A DNA stretch of 64,000 nt from Bacteroidia bacterium (GTDB lineage Bacteria; Bacteroidota; Bacteroidia; M30B66): assembly GCA_965279035.1 (NCBI GenBank), contig CBDIHM010000003.1:1-64000 (forward strand). Direction: 5' to 3'. Made by a program: the position numbers and the translations under genes. This document shows, one piece after another, positions 1 through 15,168 of this stretch. Below the pieces are notes generated by a model. That model worked only from the letters and a program-made list of their open reading frames with translations. It was not told the origin of the DNA and searched no databases. Every line of letters starts with the position of its first letter. The stretch's first letter is position 1.

Positions 1-102
1 TTAACCGGGCATAAATAAAAAAAAAATAAATAAAAATAATAAATTGATAAAAAAATATCAGATATTCCAAATTGATTAAATAATTTGAACACTCTCTAAT
101 TT

Positions 103-459
103 AATCAACTAAACTCTATCTTCTAACTTGCTTGATCTTTAAAATCCCTTCTAAAAACATGTAAGATATTTTAATTGCATATAAACCTAAAAACCTTAAA
201 TAGTTAATATTAATTAAAAAGGAAATAAACAATTAACTTTTTTTCTTTTTTTCTAGCTATCTAGACGGCTTTATATTAATAACTTTTTAACTATTTTATT
301 ATATACTGCTTTTTAATAATTTTATTTTTTATTATCTTTTTTTGAACTATTTTTTCCCTATATTATAATTATATAAAAAAAAAAATTAAATCGTTTACTT
401 ATATTTTAAAATAATAATTTTTATTATTTTTTTAATCTTTCTTACACTTTCCTTTCATG
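103..459 (-). CDS. Possible small Lys-rich hypothetical protein (true start may lie further upstream)
   Basis: An open frame can be built with two ~40-nt GT..AG introns (MKGKCKKDQ...VFRFICNQNILHVFRRDF...FS*). Low complexity, no motif. Confidence 0.25.
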
Positions 460-833
460 ATTTTTATATATACTGCAAAAAACATGCAAATGTCCATATG
501 CTATCATAAGATGATTTTAAAATATTCAAAATTAAACCAATTACGAAATTTAATGAAATAAATAGATGATAATGTTCTCGTGGCAATTTTTTTCAATCAA
601 CTTGACTAAGCACTAAAAAATATTTTATGCTGAATATTATAAGATATAAATAACTAGTAGAATAAAGGTTTAATTTAAATTAAATATTTAATATATTTTT
701 TACTTATCACTACAACCTGTTTTCTCAATATTTGATATAATCTGAATTGTTGCCTTACGCAGATTCAAAGAAATATTGTATATATTTAACTCTTAATCTC
801 ATCATTTAATTATTTGAATGATTTATTATAAAA

Positions 834-1505
834 TCAAGGAATCTTAAAATTCTTTTGAATAAATTCAGAGATGTCACTAATTTATATTTTTTTTTCTGAA
901 CATTTCCAATCGGATGGTACTTAGAAGTCTTATTAAGTAAACTATTTTTCAACTAAATCATCTGTTACTGGAAATGAAATAGTTCGTTCTTTAACAACAA
1001 CTTCGATTTTGTTTAGAGATTTATCCTAATTAAATAGAGCATATATTCTATTGTCTCCTGGAAGTAGAGCTGAGATGTCGTATCGAATCAAGTCATTATC
1101 ATCTGTCCCCATATAAAGACTGATTACTTAAAATACTACTTGAGGCTCCATCTTAATATTTGAATTGCTTGATTTAGTTATTATGTTAGATGTTATATCT
1201 GGAGAAACAAATATCTAGCAGGTTGATCCAAAAAGGTTTGCTTAATTAACAATTATTTCTCCCTACTCTAAATTAACATAAATGTTTTGTATTGTCTTAT
1301 CAATTGACTGGACTTTTGTCTTAATGTGAATTGCTTTGAATTATGTAGAATATGAAATATCAAGCAATAGGGGTTGTCTCATAAACTCATATCCAAGCTG
1401 AACTTTGAAGTCGTTAGGGATATCTATTTAGGGAGCATCATAATTTCCAAACATGTTGTCCCAAATATTAGCAGAAGCTATTCTCAAAATAAAGAGAAGA
1501 AACAT
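834..1505 (-). CDS. Secreted ~223-aa protein, possibly ependymin-related/LolA-like fold
   Basis: Intronless ORF MFLLFILRIASANIWDNMFG...FTQQDFQVPSDWKCSEKK...KIP*. Signal peptide, beta-rich pattern, C-terminal FxVPxxWxC. The fold assignment is inference. Confidence 0.75.
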
Positions 1506-1513
1506 TAATATTT

Positions 1514-4500
1514 ATGATATTTTTTTACATATTCCATGTTATGGCGTATACAATTTATCCGACTATCAATGAAACATTCATTTATCCATTGAGTGAGTTA
1601 GGGTTGGAAAATACTTACAATTGCTCTGCTAATGGATGGGAAGTAATTCCATCAATTCAATAATCTATCACAAAAATTTCAGATGAGATAATTTCTATCA
1701 CACTAACAGAAAATCCAGTTAATTTGTCTTATTACGCCGGAATACTAACTCCTAATTCAATTAATATTTATAGGTTAGATAATGGAACTTTTTAATTTTT
1801 TTAGAATATCGATTACAATAGCTCAAGTATTTAATATTTTTATTGATAGTATATAATTGTTCCAATCTGATATTTCAAAATTCATTGAATCTTGTATTGA
1901 TGTGTACATAAAATGAATTGATAACAATACTTTTTTACTAAAATTAATAATTAAATACATTAAACATTAGTTCCATATTAGTAGATGTTGATGACTTGCA
2001 ATCCACAAATATTACTTAAGTTTAAGGGAAAATTGCTTTAACCTACTTATTTTCTAACTATTCCACAATATATTTTCTTGGTCAACAAAATGGTACAATA
2101 ACGTCAATTAGTCAGGTTTGGAACTAGACAGGCTCATTTATAAAAATATATATTTCATATCAATACTTTATTTTTGGAATAACCAAAACATAATTTTTTG
2201 TAAATGATGGTGTATTTTTGACCTCTAATAATACATTCATCTCATTAGCTTTATTATATAGGAACTATGAAAAGAATATAATAACAATAACAATCTTGGA
2301 AAAATCGTAAATTATTTATTTTGCACTTATCTTGGTAAGATAATATGAAAATTATGCTGTTAAATACATGAATATATCTCAAGAATACAACAATATATAT
2401 TTTACCAATGATTATGTAATATTGACAAACTAGACTAATTTAGTAATTTTAAAAGAAGACTATTTAGATTAAATTTAATCTATTGCATCATATGATGGAT
2501 TTCAATAATCATTTGGTCCAATTTAACAAAACTTACTTTTATAGACGAATAATAATACATTAAGTTTATATTAATTTAATGATGCATATTTATTAAATCA
2601 ATAACCTTAAGGAAGTGGAAACCTTACAATAAATTGTTATGATTCAAATACAAATCAATAAATTAACTAGTAGATACAATATTAGGTTTTATAAAATAAT
2701 GATACGGGCATATATGTTTAAGATGATTCAATTCAATAAGCAAATTCCTCATTTTATAAAGTCTATGTTTAAAAATTATCCTAATATTTTATAGGACCTA
2801 ACATATCTTATTCAGTGAGCGAGATTGATTGCTAATATTAGGAGATAGATTCATATTATAATACTGCTCTGGTTGACACCCTAATATAATCGATATAATA
2901 TTTTGAAGCCTTCAATATTTACATATAAGCTTTTTTTGATAGTGGATTCTTAAAGTTGTAATATCTATAACTAAATCAAAAGCAAGATATGAGCACAATT
3001 TATGATTGCAGTTATAATCTTAATTTCACACCAATAGGCATGAAAATATTTTAATATTATCAAAAAATGGTTATTTTAGTGTGGACTAAATCTGTTATGT
3101 ATTTTTACACCACAACATTTTTCTCATAATAAATAGTTATCTATTAGTTATAAAATCTAACTTAGATTCTAAATTAATCATAGATAACAATTTAGCAAGT
3201 TCAAATTGTAGAAAATATACTTTATGTGTTGTGTGCTCTACCAAATCAGTTACTAAAAATAACTATAAACCGATATAATATAGATCTACCTGTTTAAGTG
3301 GGTTAACTTTGTGTATACACTAGTATTGAAGTAAATTAAATAAGCTATCGTAATATATTATTTATTAACTGTCAAAATTAACTTATGCTACTAAAAAATT
3401 CGTTAGAGACTCCAGGATATTAAATATTATTAAGTTACCCTTATCCTTAATCGTAATAAGCTTTGATAGGACCCATTAATGATGGAATTTACTTTTATTT
3501 TTATAATAGTTCAAATTCAAGTTTATACTTTATGAATAAATTTTATTTATTCACTTTATAGTAGGGGTTTAAATTTAAAGTATAATAGGTCTACACTAGT
3601 TTATAATTAAATTCAAGCTTGAATTATGCCTATTCTAATAGATTTTTTTATGTTTTATAAAACTAAAATAATTAATCCTTTATTAGTGTATATAAGAGTT
3701 TTTATTAACAATAAAGTGCTTTACAGTATTCTCAATTTGTTGCAAATGATCCAATTTAATTAGTAACTAGTACTTTTACGTCTAATTTAGCTGATTTGAC
3801 AGCATTAGTTACTACTTAAACTAAAGTTTTTTTATATTTTCATGATGTAACTTAAGCAATTACACCAATATTTAATATGTCAATTTAGAATTCATAAACA
3901 TAAGTACTCAATATTAGTAATTAAGCTATAAATTTTAATTTTAGCTAAGAAATTTTCTTTGAATAAGATTTTTTATAAATTAATTCAACATAAAAGCTCT
4001 TGAACTAAGTTGCTTAAAATTTATCAGGATACACTAAAATTAATGTATTAGAATATTTTTAAGGAAGTATTGTAAATTATACTGTGAATTGTGTTGGCTG
4101 CTCAAACTATTCATATGTCTAGCCGCTCTAGCAATAAGCTTATTATAATATCAGCTAAGTTTCAGAATCTATATCTATTAATAATTTCATTTATGCCTTT
4201 TCAGATAATAGTGTAGTGCAAATCAATGTAGAGAATAAAAATACATCTGCAGCTTTTCAAACAATAAGCTCATTTTCAGGCTATAAATGTGGAACGATTT
4301 TTGTTGAGATATTTAGTCAGAATCCAGGATGGTTGTGCATATCAGCAAAATACTAACAATTAATAATATTTTAGTATAATTAGCAAAATAATTAGACCTA
4401 TAATCTAACAATTAATATGAGTTATGTATTGGAATTTGCAATCTATACTGACGGTTTTATTCAAATTTAATTATTAAATGATAATTTAGGCAATTATCCG

Positions 4501-5521
4501 TATAATGTGCTATTTTATTCATATTTAAATAATATATAGTCATATTAATAAGTTCTAAATAGTACCTTAATGCCTATTAATAGAGTGCTAAATGTAATCC
4601 CATTAATCTTAAAAATTGATTACACATAGGTCATGCAATATTTTGGAGTACTCTACTAATTAACATCGGATTAAATGATGATTACTTTATTCTCAGTGAA
4701 CATATCAAATAACACAGCTGTAAATGCTAAAGTTGATTTTTATGTTGTAAGAGATATCGATTTTTCATATGTAAGCTCTAGTACACTTAGTGGTCAATAA
4801 TTAGAAACCATATATGATGGTAATTAAACTTACTTAAAATTTGCTATTGCTTCAAATTTAAATACATTAATAATTTAATTTGTCTTTTTAAATTTTCAAT
4901 ATATTTCTGCTAAAAATCTTTGTTAGTTAAATTAAGTGAATTTTACTGCTTTGTAATTTAGTGATTTTTCGAATACAGGTTTGAATAACTTAGTAATAAC
5001 ACAATAATCTGAGGATGATTAAATAATTCTAAATTTATTTGATATATCACAATGTTCTGATAACTAAATGTTACAATCGATAAGTTAAGTAGTAATAAAC
5101 CAAAAAGTATAGGAATTTACATTCCTAAGCTTGGTTAAGTAAAATCTCTTAGCAGTGGGAACATTTTCTAACCTATTTTTATTCTCTGTTCAATCAACAT
5201 TAGATTTAGAATATTCATTAAATTAATCATAAGCAAATTTTAATGTGACCGCATATAATCAATTGAGCTATTCTCAATAAAACTTTTCTATCAGTTTGAA
5301 CCAAACAATAGTCATTCCAAGCAATTAATCTAGCAGTGGATTTAAATGGTATTGGATTTTATTGATTGTTGTAGTTTCATTAAGTAATTACTTTTACTAT
5401 TTTATTAGTTATCATAGCAATAGTTGTGATTATATTAATAAAGAGAAAATAGGGAGAATAGAAATCAAACGCAGAATTTGAATTCACTTCTGAAAAGATT
5501 GAGAAATCATTTATCAAGTGA
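1514..5521 (+). CDS. Large type I membrane glycoprotein (~1,320 aa), paralog 1
   Basis: MIFFYIFHVMAYTIYPTINETFIYPL...; introns at 1827-1849 and ~5385-5409; many N-x-S/T sequons; C-terminal TM (WYWILLIVVVSLIIIAIVVIILI-KRK) and short tail. Confidence 0.88.
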
Positions 5522-5533
5522 AAATAATTATTT

Positions 5534-5563
5534 AAAAATTAAAAATTAAAAATTAAAAAATAA
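5534..5563 (+). repeat. Short AAAAATT tandem repeat (~4 copies) between the two surface-protein genes
   Basis: aaaaatt aaaaatt aaaaatt aaaaaat read directly. Confidence 0.5.
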
Positions 5564-5568
5564 AATAT

Positions 5569-8500
5569 ATGATTATTAGCAGAATATTGATCTTCTTGTA
5601 AATCAGAGCATATTTGATGTAATATACTATATATCCTACAATAAATCAAACCTTTATTTACCCTCTGAAGGAGTTATTTGAAAATGGATATAATTATTCG
5701 TTATCTGATGGGGATTGGATTTTGCAATTGCCATTATTGTAGAATAATTCAACTGTGATTCCAAACACAAAATATATAAACATAGGCTTTATAAATGGAA
5801 ACACAAATTAGCCAATGAATGTAATTGGTGTGATGAATTAGACCTTCGGCGCAATCTATTAATTGGATTAGCAAGGATTTTTGATTTAAACTGCATTGTA
5901 CGAAATTCCTAAAGGTACTTAATATATTATTCCTAGCTCTAATCTGTAATAATATTTTGGTTTTATCAGAGAATACATATATTGCTAGTTGTTACACAAC
6001 AAATGGAATATTAGTGTTAATTTATTAGAATACTACAAATTCTTATACCTATTATACTTCCATCAGAATATAATATTCAAGTATTTAATCAACTTAGATG
6101 GTATAATGCAAAGAAAGCATCCTATTAAGTTATTTATATACAACTAATACAGTTATATATATTATTACTTTAAGTTCAGAAAGTTAATTTAATATTTTGA
6201 TAAATTAATACTTAGATTCTCAATATTGGTCCATAAAGCTATACATTTCACAATCGATCACCAGTATGATATCATTTTTATAGAAGTTTTTCAACTTACA
6301 AGCGAGTATCTTTTGATTAATTATTATATTATGAAAAAGTTCTAATACCCTCCAATAGATATGTATGTTATGGTTACCCTAGGATAGGATTATATAATTG
6401 GAATACTACAGGATTTAAATAATTTCATTGTTTGTAATTATAGAAATTAAAAACTAAAATGTTTTCCTAAAATATAAACAAAAGATAACTACACTAATAT
6501 TTATGTGACCTAAAATTATATATCCCTAACCAACTAAACCTCAATTATGATCTTTGAAATGAATGAATTTAAATTTAACAAATATTACTATTCGTAAATA
6601 TAAAATAATATCTCTCTATAATCAATATCTCCTTATGATATGTTAATTGGAATATTTAATAATTAATTAAACATATACTAAATTGTAGAAGCAGCGATAG
6701 TTAATTTGAATCCGCAATCATAGGGATAACTTAATATTTAATTTAATAATATTTAGACAAATTAATTAATAAATTAGAGCATTTTTTATTAACCAATATT
6801 ATGGAATGATTCAAATATTTATGTAGTTAATCAGTCTGCTGAATATAGAAATGCTGTAGACACTAAATATGATATTTAAAACTTAGCTAATTATGTAATT
6901 GGTCCCAATATATCTTTCGGTTTAGAATACTTTAGCTCAAATATAGCCTTAGGTGGGGATTTCTCATATCAGACTGTAGGAAAAAACTCAGATATGTCAA
7001 CTGTTTATCAATTATCATATAGTGAATAACTTTAATTTTGGGTCGAAATGTATTGCTATTAAGAATATCTTTATATCAATTTAATGAAAGAGTCTATGGA
7101 ATACAAGTTTCAATCCATTGAAAACTTAATTTACTATTAATTAAGTTACACTCCCATTTAATTAGTTTTCCAATAAAAAGATATTAATGAATTTTTAATC
7201 GTGATTACTTCAAAGACATCTGTCTTCTTTTATTAATATACGATAGGTCAATAAATTAAATAAATAAAAACAGATGATCTTTCATTACTTTTTAGTGGAA
7301 CGAGATAATAAATTTATCAAATAGATCTTGTTTATAGTACTTTGTACATTTTAACTCAATAACCTGAAATCCTTATAGCATTTTAAATTGAAGGATAAAT
7401 TATTTCAAATCCTATTTTAGTACCAGTAAGCACATAATTCGATTTATATTACATGCAAAGCAATCCTGTGTCATATGGCGATTGGTTGTTTTTGAGCAAC
7501 ATCGGAAGTTTGGTAATAATTTAGAGTTGCTATAATGGATCTTTCAATACTCTATTTAATATTGATTTTCCTTATGGATATTAATAGGCTCTTCTTGGCC
7601 CACTCTAAGGAGGTTTGTTTGTTTCGATGAGTGATAATTCTGATGGAAACTAAACAGCCATGTATTTTTTGCAATAAAACTATTTAAAGTAAGTTTACTT
7701 AGGATATTCCACCTTTTGGTAAGTTAATACACTTGGAACTTAATAATCAATAGCAGATTAATATACCTACTCTAATAAGTATTTCTATATAATTTAAAAT
7801 TTGAATTCAATCAATTATGTTAATCAATATAGAGTATCTCCTCATTAATAGAACTAATTTTTTATATCATTTGAGACAGGTTCTGGAAATGTCTATAAAG
7901 CTACTCCTTACTAAAATAAATATTTTGACATTGTAACGGACATTTATTCTTCGGATTGTTATTTTATATCATTTGAACACGGACAATATATGTAGCTTTA
8001 TCCTTTACTAAATTTAACAACTAATAATACTGTGGAGGTTATATATAATTTGTCGAACAATTATGTAACTCAAGGTATTTTGTTTTAATAATTTGTATCA
8101 TTTAATTAATCCTATTTTAATATCACTAATAATCTTATTTTGGGTAATTAAACAATTTTGAATAATTCAGGGGAAATAAGTGTTCCAGTAAGATAGTATT
8201 TTAATGGTGCGATAGAGTAATTTAATGTCAGTTGCTAAAATTGTTCTAATTTAACATATGTTCAACCTATGGAATAATTATTAGGTTTACAAATAGGAGG
8301 ATCTCAAATAAGTGTATAATCATCTGGATACTTGTTTATTTTAACTAATGAATCTGTAATAATGGTTTAAATGAATTAAAATGTATCAACTAATCCATAA
8401 ACTATTCTATACAGTATCGTGAAACCATTTTCGTGTTGGTACTTATTCATTGAGGTGATTACCCTCTAACCTGCTTGGATATGCTAGAATATAACCGAAG

Positions 8501-9612
8501 AAATATTTATATATTAGTATGATATCTAAACAGGAATTGTTCAAAATTTGACAATAAATACCATTGATGAAATTAATTTTATATCTTACTAAAATGGGTT
8601 TATATAATTAATTGAAGACTTATACTATTGGCTGTTCTACTATACATATGAAAATTAAACATAAAACATTTATACAATAATTAATGACTATACAATTATA
8701 ACTTTACCAAATGCAAAAAGCATTCCATTTCTAATTACTGAGGGGTTTAATATCGTTGGTTTAATAATTCAAATTAATTCATATTAGAACTCAGTATTAT
8801 CAGCAATTTTACAATTTGAAAATAATTAATTTACCTTAAAAAATATAGAATACAACTAAATTGCTGATGAATATTTGAGCGAATACAGTCAACCTAAATA
8901 ATATGGAAACTAAATAAGCTAGAGAAGAGAAAATGAATTTAATTATGCTACAATATTGCTTACAAATCAATTGAATCCTGTAGTGTTCGAATTAATATTT
9001 TATAAAGGTTATTATGTAGCATCTCAGAATAAATGCTATTTGAACTAAGTCAATTTCACAACTGACATCTTCAATTATTATGGCGTTGCAGGTAATGATG
9101 AGATAGCTGTGACATATGCTTATATTAATAGTGAAACTAATTCAACAATTTCTTTAAATTTATTTGACATATCCGTTTGTTAATAAAGCTAAACAATCTA
9201 ACCTATCGGATTTATATCATTCTAGAATTAAACAAAGAATTTCGCTGCATTTAATTTGATTTAATATGATTTACTTATGATGGGACTTGAAGATTTTTTA
9301 TTTCTAATTCCTGTCTAAAATACATTAGATATTAGGTATCAGCTAAATAATTCAAATATAATTTTGGAAATACAAGCAATAAATCCATTATTTACATCAA
9401 TCTAATCATTTTCGATTAATTAGATTTAAGATAATGATGTTACATAAAATAGCTCTATTTGGATTTGGTTAATTCCATTATTAGGTCTGATAATATTATT
9501 AGCAGCAGCTATTGTATATATTTTGATTAGAAAAAAACATGCAGAAGAACATTAGGAAGATAAAGAAGGGCTTATTAAAGAAAAAGAGATAGAAATAAAA
9601 AATTAATTATGA
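5569..9612 (+). CDS. Large type I membrane glycoprotein (~1,347 aa), paralog 2
   Basis: MIISRILIFLQIRAYLMQYTIYPTINQTFIYPL... shares its N-terminal motif with paralog 1. Frame is consistent to TGA at 9610-9612. C-terminal TM IWIWLIPLLGLIILLAAAIVYILI-RKK. Confidence 0.88.
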
Positions 9613-9617
9613 GTTTA

Positions 9618-10953
<1,336 letters not shown>

Positions 10954-11044
10954 TATTTTTAATAATTTCTTATTTTTTTTATGTATATAAACAATACACT
11001 AGATTTATTTTTTTTATTAATTAAATTCAAATAATAAAAAGAAG

Positions 11045-11958
11045 ATGAAAATCCAAAGCTTCTAAGAAGATTAAACACTAATTGTCCCTTTCGCTTTGAT
11101 CATGTAGTAGAACATGACAAAGTCGAGGAAAGCGGAAAACAATTAGAAATTTAGTAAGAGCCGCAAGATCTAAATGATTAAGCTGAAATCAAACCTAAGC
11201 TCCCTAGTACCACCTCCCCCTCCAAAAGGTGTTGAGATTGATGTGATGAATCAAGAGATAATGCTCTTCGCATACTTAAATACTTACTCAAGTGATTAGC
11301 TAAAAAATGTTTAAGAGGGATTTTTGGAGTAAGCACGCGGCCTAGTAATGAATGCTGATGTAGGTTAAATGCCACGAATAATGTAGACCTAAGTCATTGA
11401 AGAATGCCTAAGAATGGAGTATCATGATAGAATCATGATTATTTTAGGTATCAATATTCAAAAATTATTTTTTTAGGTAGGTATGTTGATCACATAGTTG
11501 CTAGTCCACCAACAGACTTGCCACCCTATAGAGAAATAATAGACTTCGTTCAGATGTCTAGTGAGGATATCCAATACTTCCCCATCATAAGCCAACTTTC
11601 AAAGATTCCCCTATGTGTCGATCATATGATGAAGACACCAGAGATATTCAATTCCATACTGAATTGTGGCCATCCATGCAGAGGCAAGGTGCTGATAAGA
11701 CTTGTACAACACAGAGGATTCAATTGGGCAAAATATTTCAGCTTCAACTCAAAAGAAGTTGACATGCTATTTGAGATGAAACCCAAAGAATACCTCAAAT
11801 TCCTCCTATTTTTGAGCCTCTATCACTCTAAGAAGCTAGTCAAGTTCATTGTAGAGAGAAACTCAAACATCATTGATTAATTGTTTAAGAGCGGAATGAC
11901 TCCTTAGGTTGAGTTCTACTTCAATTAGCTTATGAATGTTGTGATGCCATCTGATTGA
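11045..11958 (+). CDS. Hypothetical protein (~295 aa, helical)
   Basis: Open under the ciliate code from MKIQSFQED with one 29-nt intron (~11448-11476); joins track ORF 11518-11880 and ends ...VMPSD*. Confidence 0.75.
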
Positions 11959-12011
11959 TATAAAAAAATTAAATAAAATAATAAAAAAAATAGGTCCTCT
12001 TATTCTCTTTC

Positions 12012-13961
12012 TCAACTTAATATAAAATTTTGTTCTGCCAACCATTTATCTTTTTTTATTTCTCTAAATTAGAAATCTCCTGGTGAAACATATGGGTTTT
12101 AGTATAGATGATGAGGAGGCAATTATTTAATTGTAGATACTACACTCGTTCTAATGGTTTTTGGTCCAATAATTTTTGAATCAGCATCCCTCTCGTCTTG
12201 CCTATCCCTTTCCAGAGGGGTAATATAAGGTGAGGAACATCTTACAATCGGCTTATTTCTACACTCATCATATCCAGGGACAACAGGTTATACTCTGGAT
12301 TTCGCAGTTGATACTCTGGTAAGTTTGAAAGTTCTGCTTTATGATGTCATAGGTCTTACACTTCTTACCATGGATTATTATTAATCAGGTTATTTTGTCA
12401 TCGACCTACTTTTTAAATGCTCGCTCATATTTCCAGGTACCTTTTTAGATTATATAATATATATTTTACCCATAATGGCTCATCAGGCGGAATGCCCTCA
12501 TCATTTATGTTAGGATGCAGCATCTATCTTATTTCAGCTGCTGTTTTCTAGAACTTATCAGTTGTCTTCTATTCCTCTTAAAGTCTGGTTGTTAGTCTTG
12601 CAAGTCCACTTTTTTTTGATGAAAGTTGATCATTTTCAGTATTTTATCTAGGAGAATTCTTAGCTTTCATAGTCTACATGGCTTAATTAAGTTTACCATT
12701 ATCATTAATGGCATTGTTTTTAACTATCTAAGAGAGAATAAATTAATACCTCTAATTTGCTATTTTTCTTTCCTGCAAAACCAACATGCCTGAACTTTGT
12801 CAAAACTTCAAAGTTTATTTTAGATTTCTCCCCTTTATTCTATAATTCTGTTTACTATTGTGTTAGGTTTTCCAAATCCAGCTTATTCTTACGCAGTTCA
12901 TTATTAGCAATAATAATCGATTATGGTTTATTTAGGAGCGATCTAATTTCTATTAGATGTTCGACAATAAAATTTCTTAAGAGAATTAATGTTTCAGGAT
13001 ATTTGGGATTGATTGTAAATTAAACTCCTATTATATTATGATTGACCTAAATAATTTAGGGCCCTCTTGGTGATTCAGCCAAAATCTCAAAAACTTTTCT
13101 TGGATTCAACACATTGAATGGATGTATATCCCATGAATGTTTAGAATGTACCAGGAATTCTGCTTTAACATCTCTAAAAAAAGGATGCTGTATTCTATTC
13201 TTCTTTATTGTGAGTATTTCTTCATCCTAACTTGATGTAAAAATTCCATAAATTTCTTTTATGCCTTATGGTTTGTAAATGGGTGCTTTTAACATATACT
13301 TTCCCACTATATTATATTCCTCAGCAGCCTTTTTATAGTGAATCCCACCATTAGCTATTGGTACCCAACAATTCTTAAATTACTCTTAATCAAAATGAAT
13401 TCCATAAAGGTCACCTGTAACATTATCAAGAAAATATTCATTCCTTTTAATTTGATCAACAGATTTCTATATTTTAGTCATATCACCAAGTGGACAACCT
13501 TAGTTTCCATTTATCACATCAACAGGCTGGACTATATATTTTTGAAATCATTACAGTTTCAAGATTAGTTGCTACAAAAAATACAAGGGCCTACATAGCA
13601 CCGGATGAGGCTAGTAATATTTTATTGGTTCTCAAACACATTCTGATGAGAACCATAATCTTTTGACTAAACTTAGACCATGGTCTCAAAGATGCATCCA
13701 TTTCTATAAAAATAAAATCTAGAAAGTCGAAAAGTCTTGCAGCATCACCAGATTAGTAACCACAATCAGCATCAAATAGAAAATCATCTAAATTAGATAC
13801 ATCTCGAGTAAAAAACTCAGTCTCTGTATCCAATAAATGTTTTTAGTTTAAGAAAACCTTATTATGATATCTAATACCCTCCTAATGATATCACAATATT
13901 TATCGAATTGTATTTTGCCATTCTCCGTTACGCTGTAGCCACTTACTATTAATATTCTCAT
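12012..13961 (-). CDS. Class I glutamine amidotransferase-like fold protein, catalytic residues absent
   Basis: MRILIVSGY...; ILLASSGAMQAL at the nucleophile elbow; HSWDIHP...FEILAESPRGP; IIGVQFTINP...LLRNFI; low-complexity tail ending FREIKKDKWLAEQNFILS*. Confidence 0.75.
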
Positions 13962-13974
13962 TTTATTATAATAT

Positions 13975-15165
13975 ATGGGTAATAAATGTCATGAAGAACC
14001 TCCAATAAGCAGAGATTAGAAGAGACTTACATACTTTATAAGTTATGCTTAAAATCTTCACATATCAAATATTGTATTTTGAAAAAATATATAAAAAAAA
14101 GGTTAGAGAAAATGGTACTTAAGAAGAAAAACAGTATGAAATTGGATTTTTTTTTGATTAAAAAAACGTTAACTAAACTTTGAAGGCATGGTAGAATTTG
14201 TTTGAGGGCTAAATAATTGAGGGAAATGTAAGAGATTTATAAAATGCATTTTATACTATGCATCGTAAAAAACCATTACAATTTAATGAGATTTTAATGA
14301 AAAATGGAGGAGGCCCAATAAGATGGTTAATATGGAAAACCATCTTTAAATCATAGTTGTGTGAATAGATTCCTTTTGGAAAAGATTTTGAGATATCTAA
14401 ATCAGATATATTAAGAGATGTTACAAGAACCTTTCCTAGGTAATATATTTAATATGAATGTCTTTTATATTTTTAGAAAAACCCTGAAAGTGTCAACAAA
14501 TTAAGTGACCTGCTTGGAATGACTTGTTCTATTTTTAAACAATTTTCATATACATAAGGAATGAACTACATAATGGCACTCATATTAATGTAAGCAGGTG
14601 GTGATTTAAATGAAGCATGGTTAGGGGCTTATTCTATTATGACCTAGCCAAAATGGATGATGTACTTGATGTATGTTGATGAATTTCCATTATAATCAAT
14701 GATTGGTAAGATAACAATTGAACTATTGAAATAGCAAGATATTCAATTATATCATCACTACATTAAGCTAGGTATTGAAGATGCATTTATTTTATCTAAA
14801 TGGTGCTTTACTCTATATACATATAACATGGAATTGAATAAAGCCTTATAACTATGGGACTTGATAGTTTCAAAAGGAATCTTTATTATGCCTTACATTA
14901 ATGTAGCAATCTTTATGAGTCTTAAATTTTAAATTCTGGTACTATAATCTTTAAAAATAAGGCTTGTCGTGATGATGGTGAACTCTAAGATCTTTTTCAT
15001 AATGATTTCGAGTTTGTACTGGATAAATAGAATTTGGGAAAAATAGTTATTGATAAAAAGCTTATACAAAAGCACTCTACTCCAGAACTCAAAGAAATAT
15101 TTAAACACATAAAAAAGTAAGATTTTGAAGAAGCTTATTTTAAATATTTAAGTAATTATTTATGA
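13975..15165 (+). CDS. TBC-domain Rab GTPase-activating protein
   Basis: MGNKC start (possible myristoylation), PIRWLIWK, ILRDVTRTFP (Arg finger), YIQGMNYI (Gln finger), KWCFTLY, LWDLI. Confidence 0.88.
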
Positions 15166-15168
15166 AAA

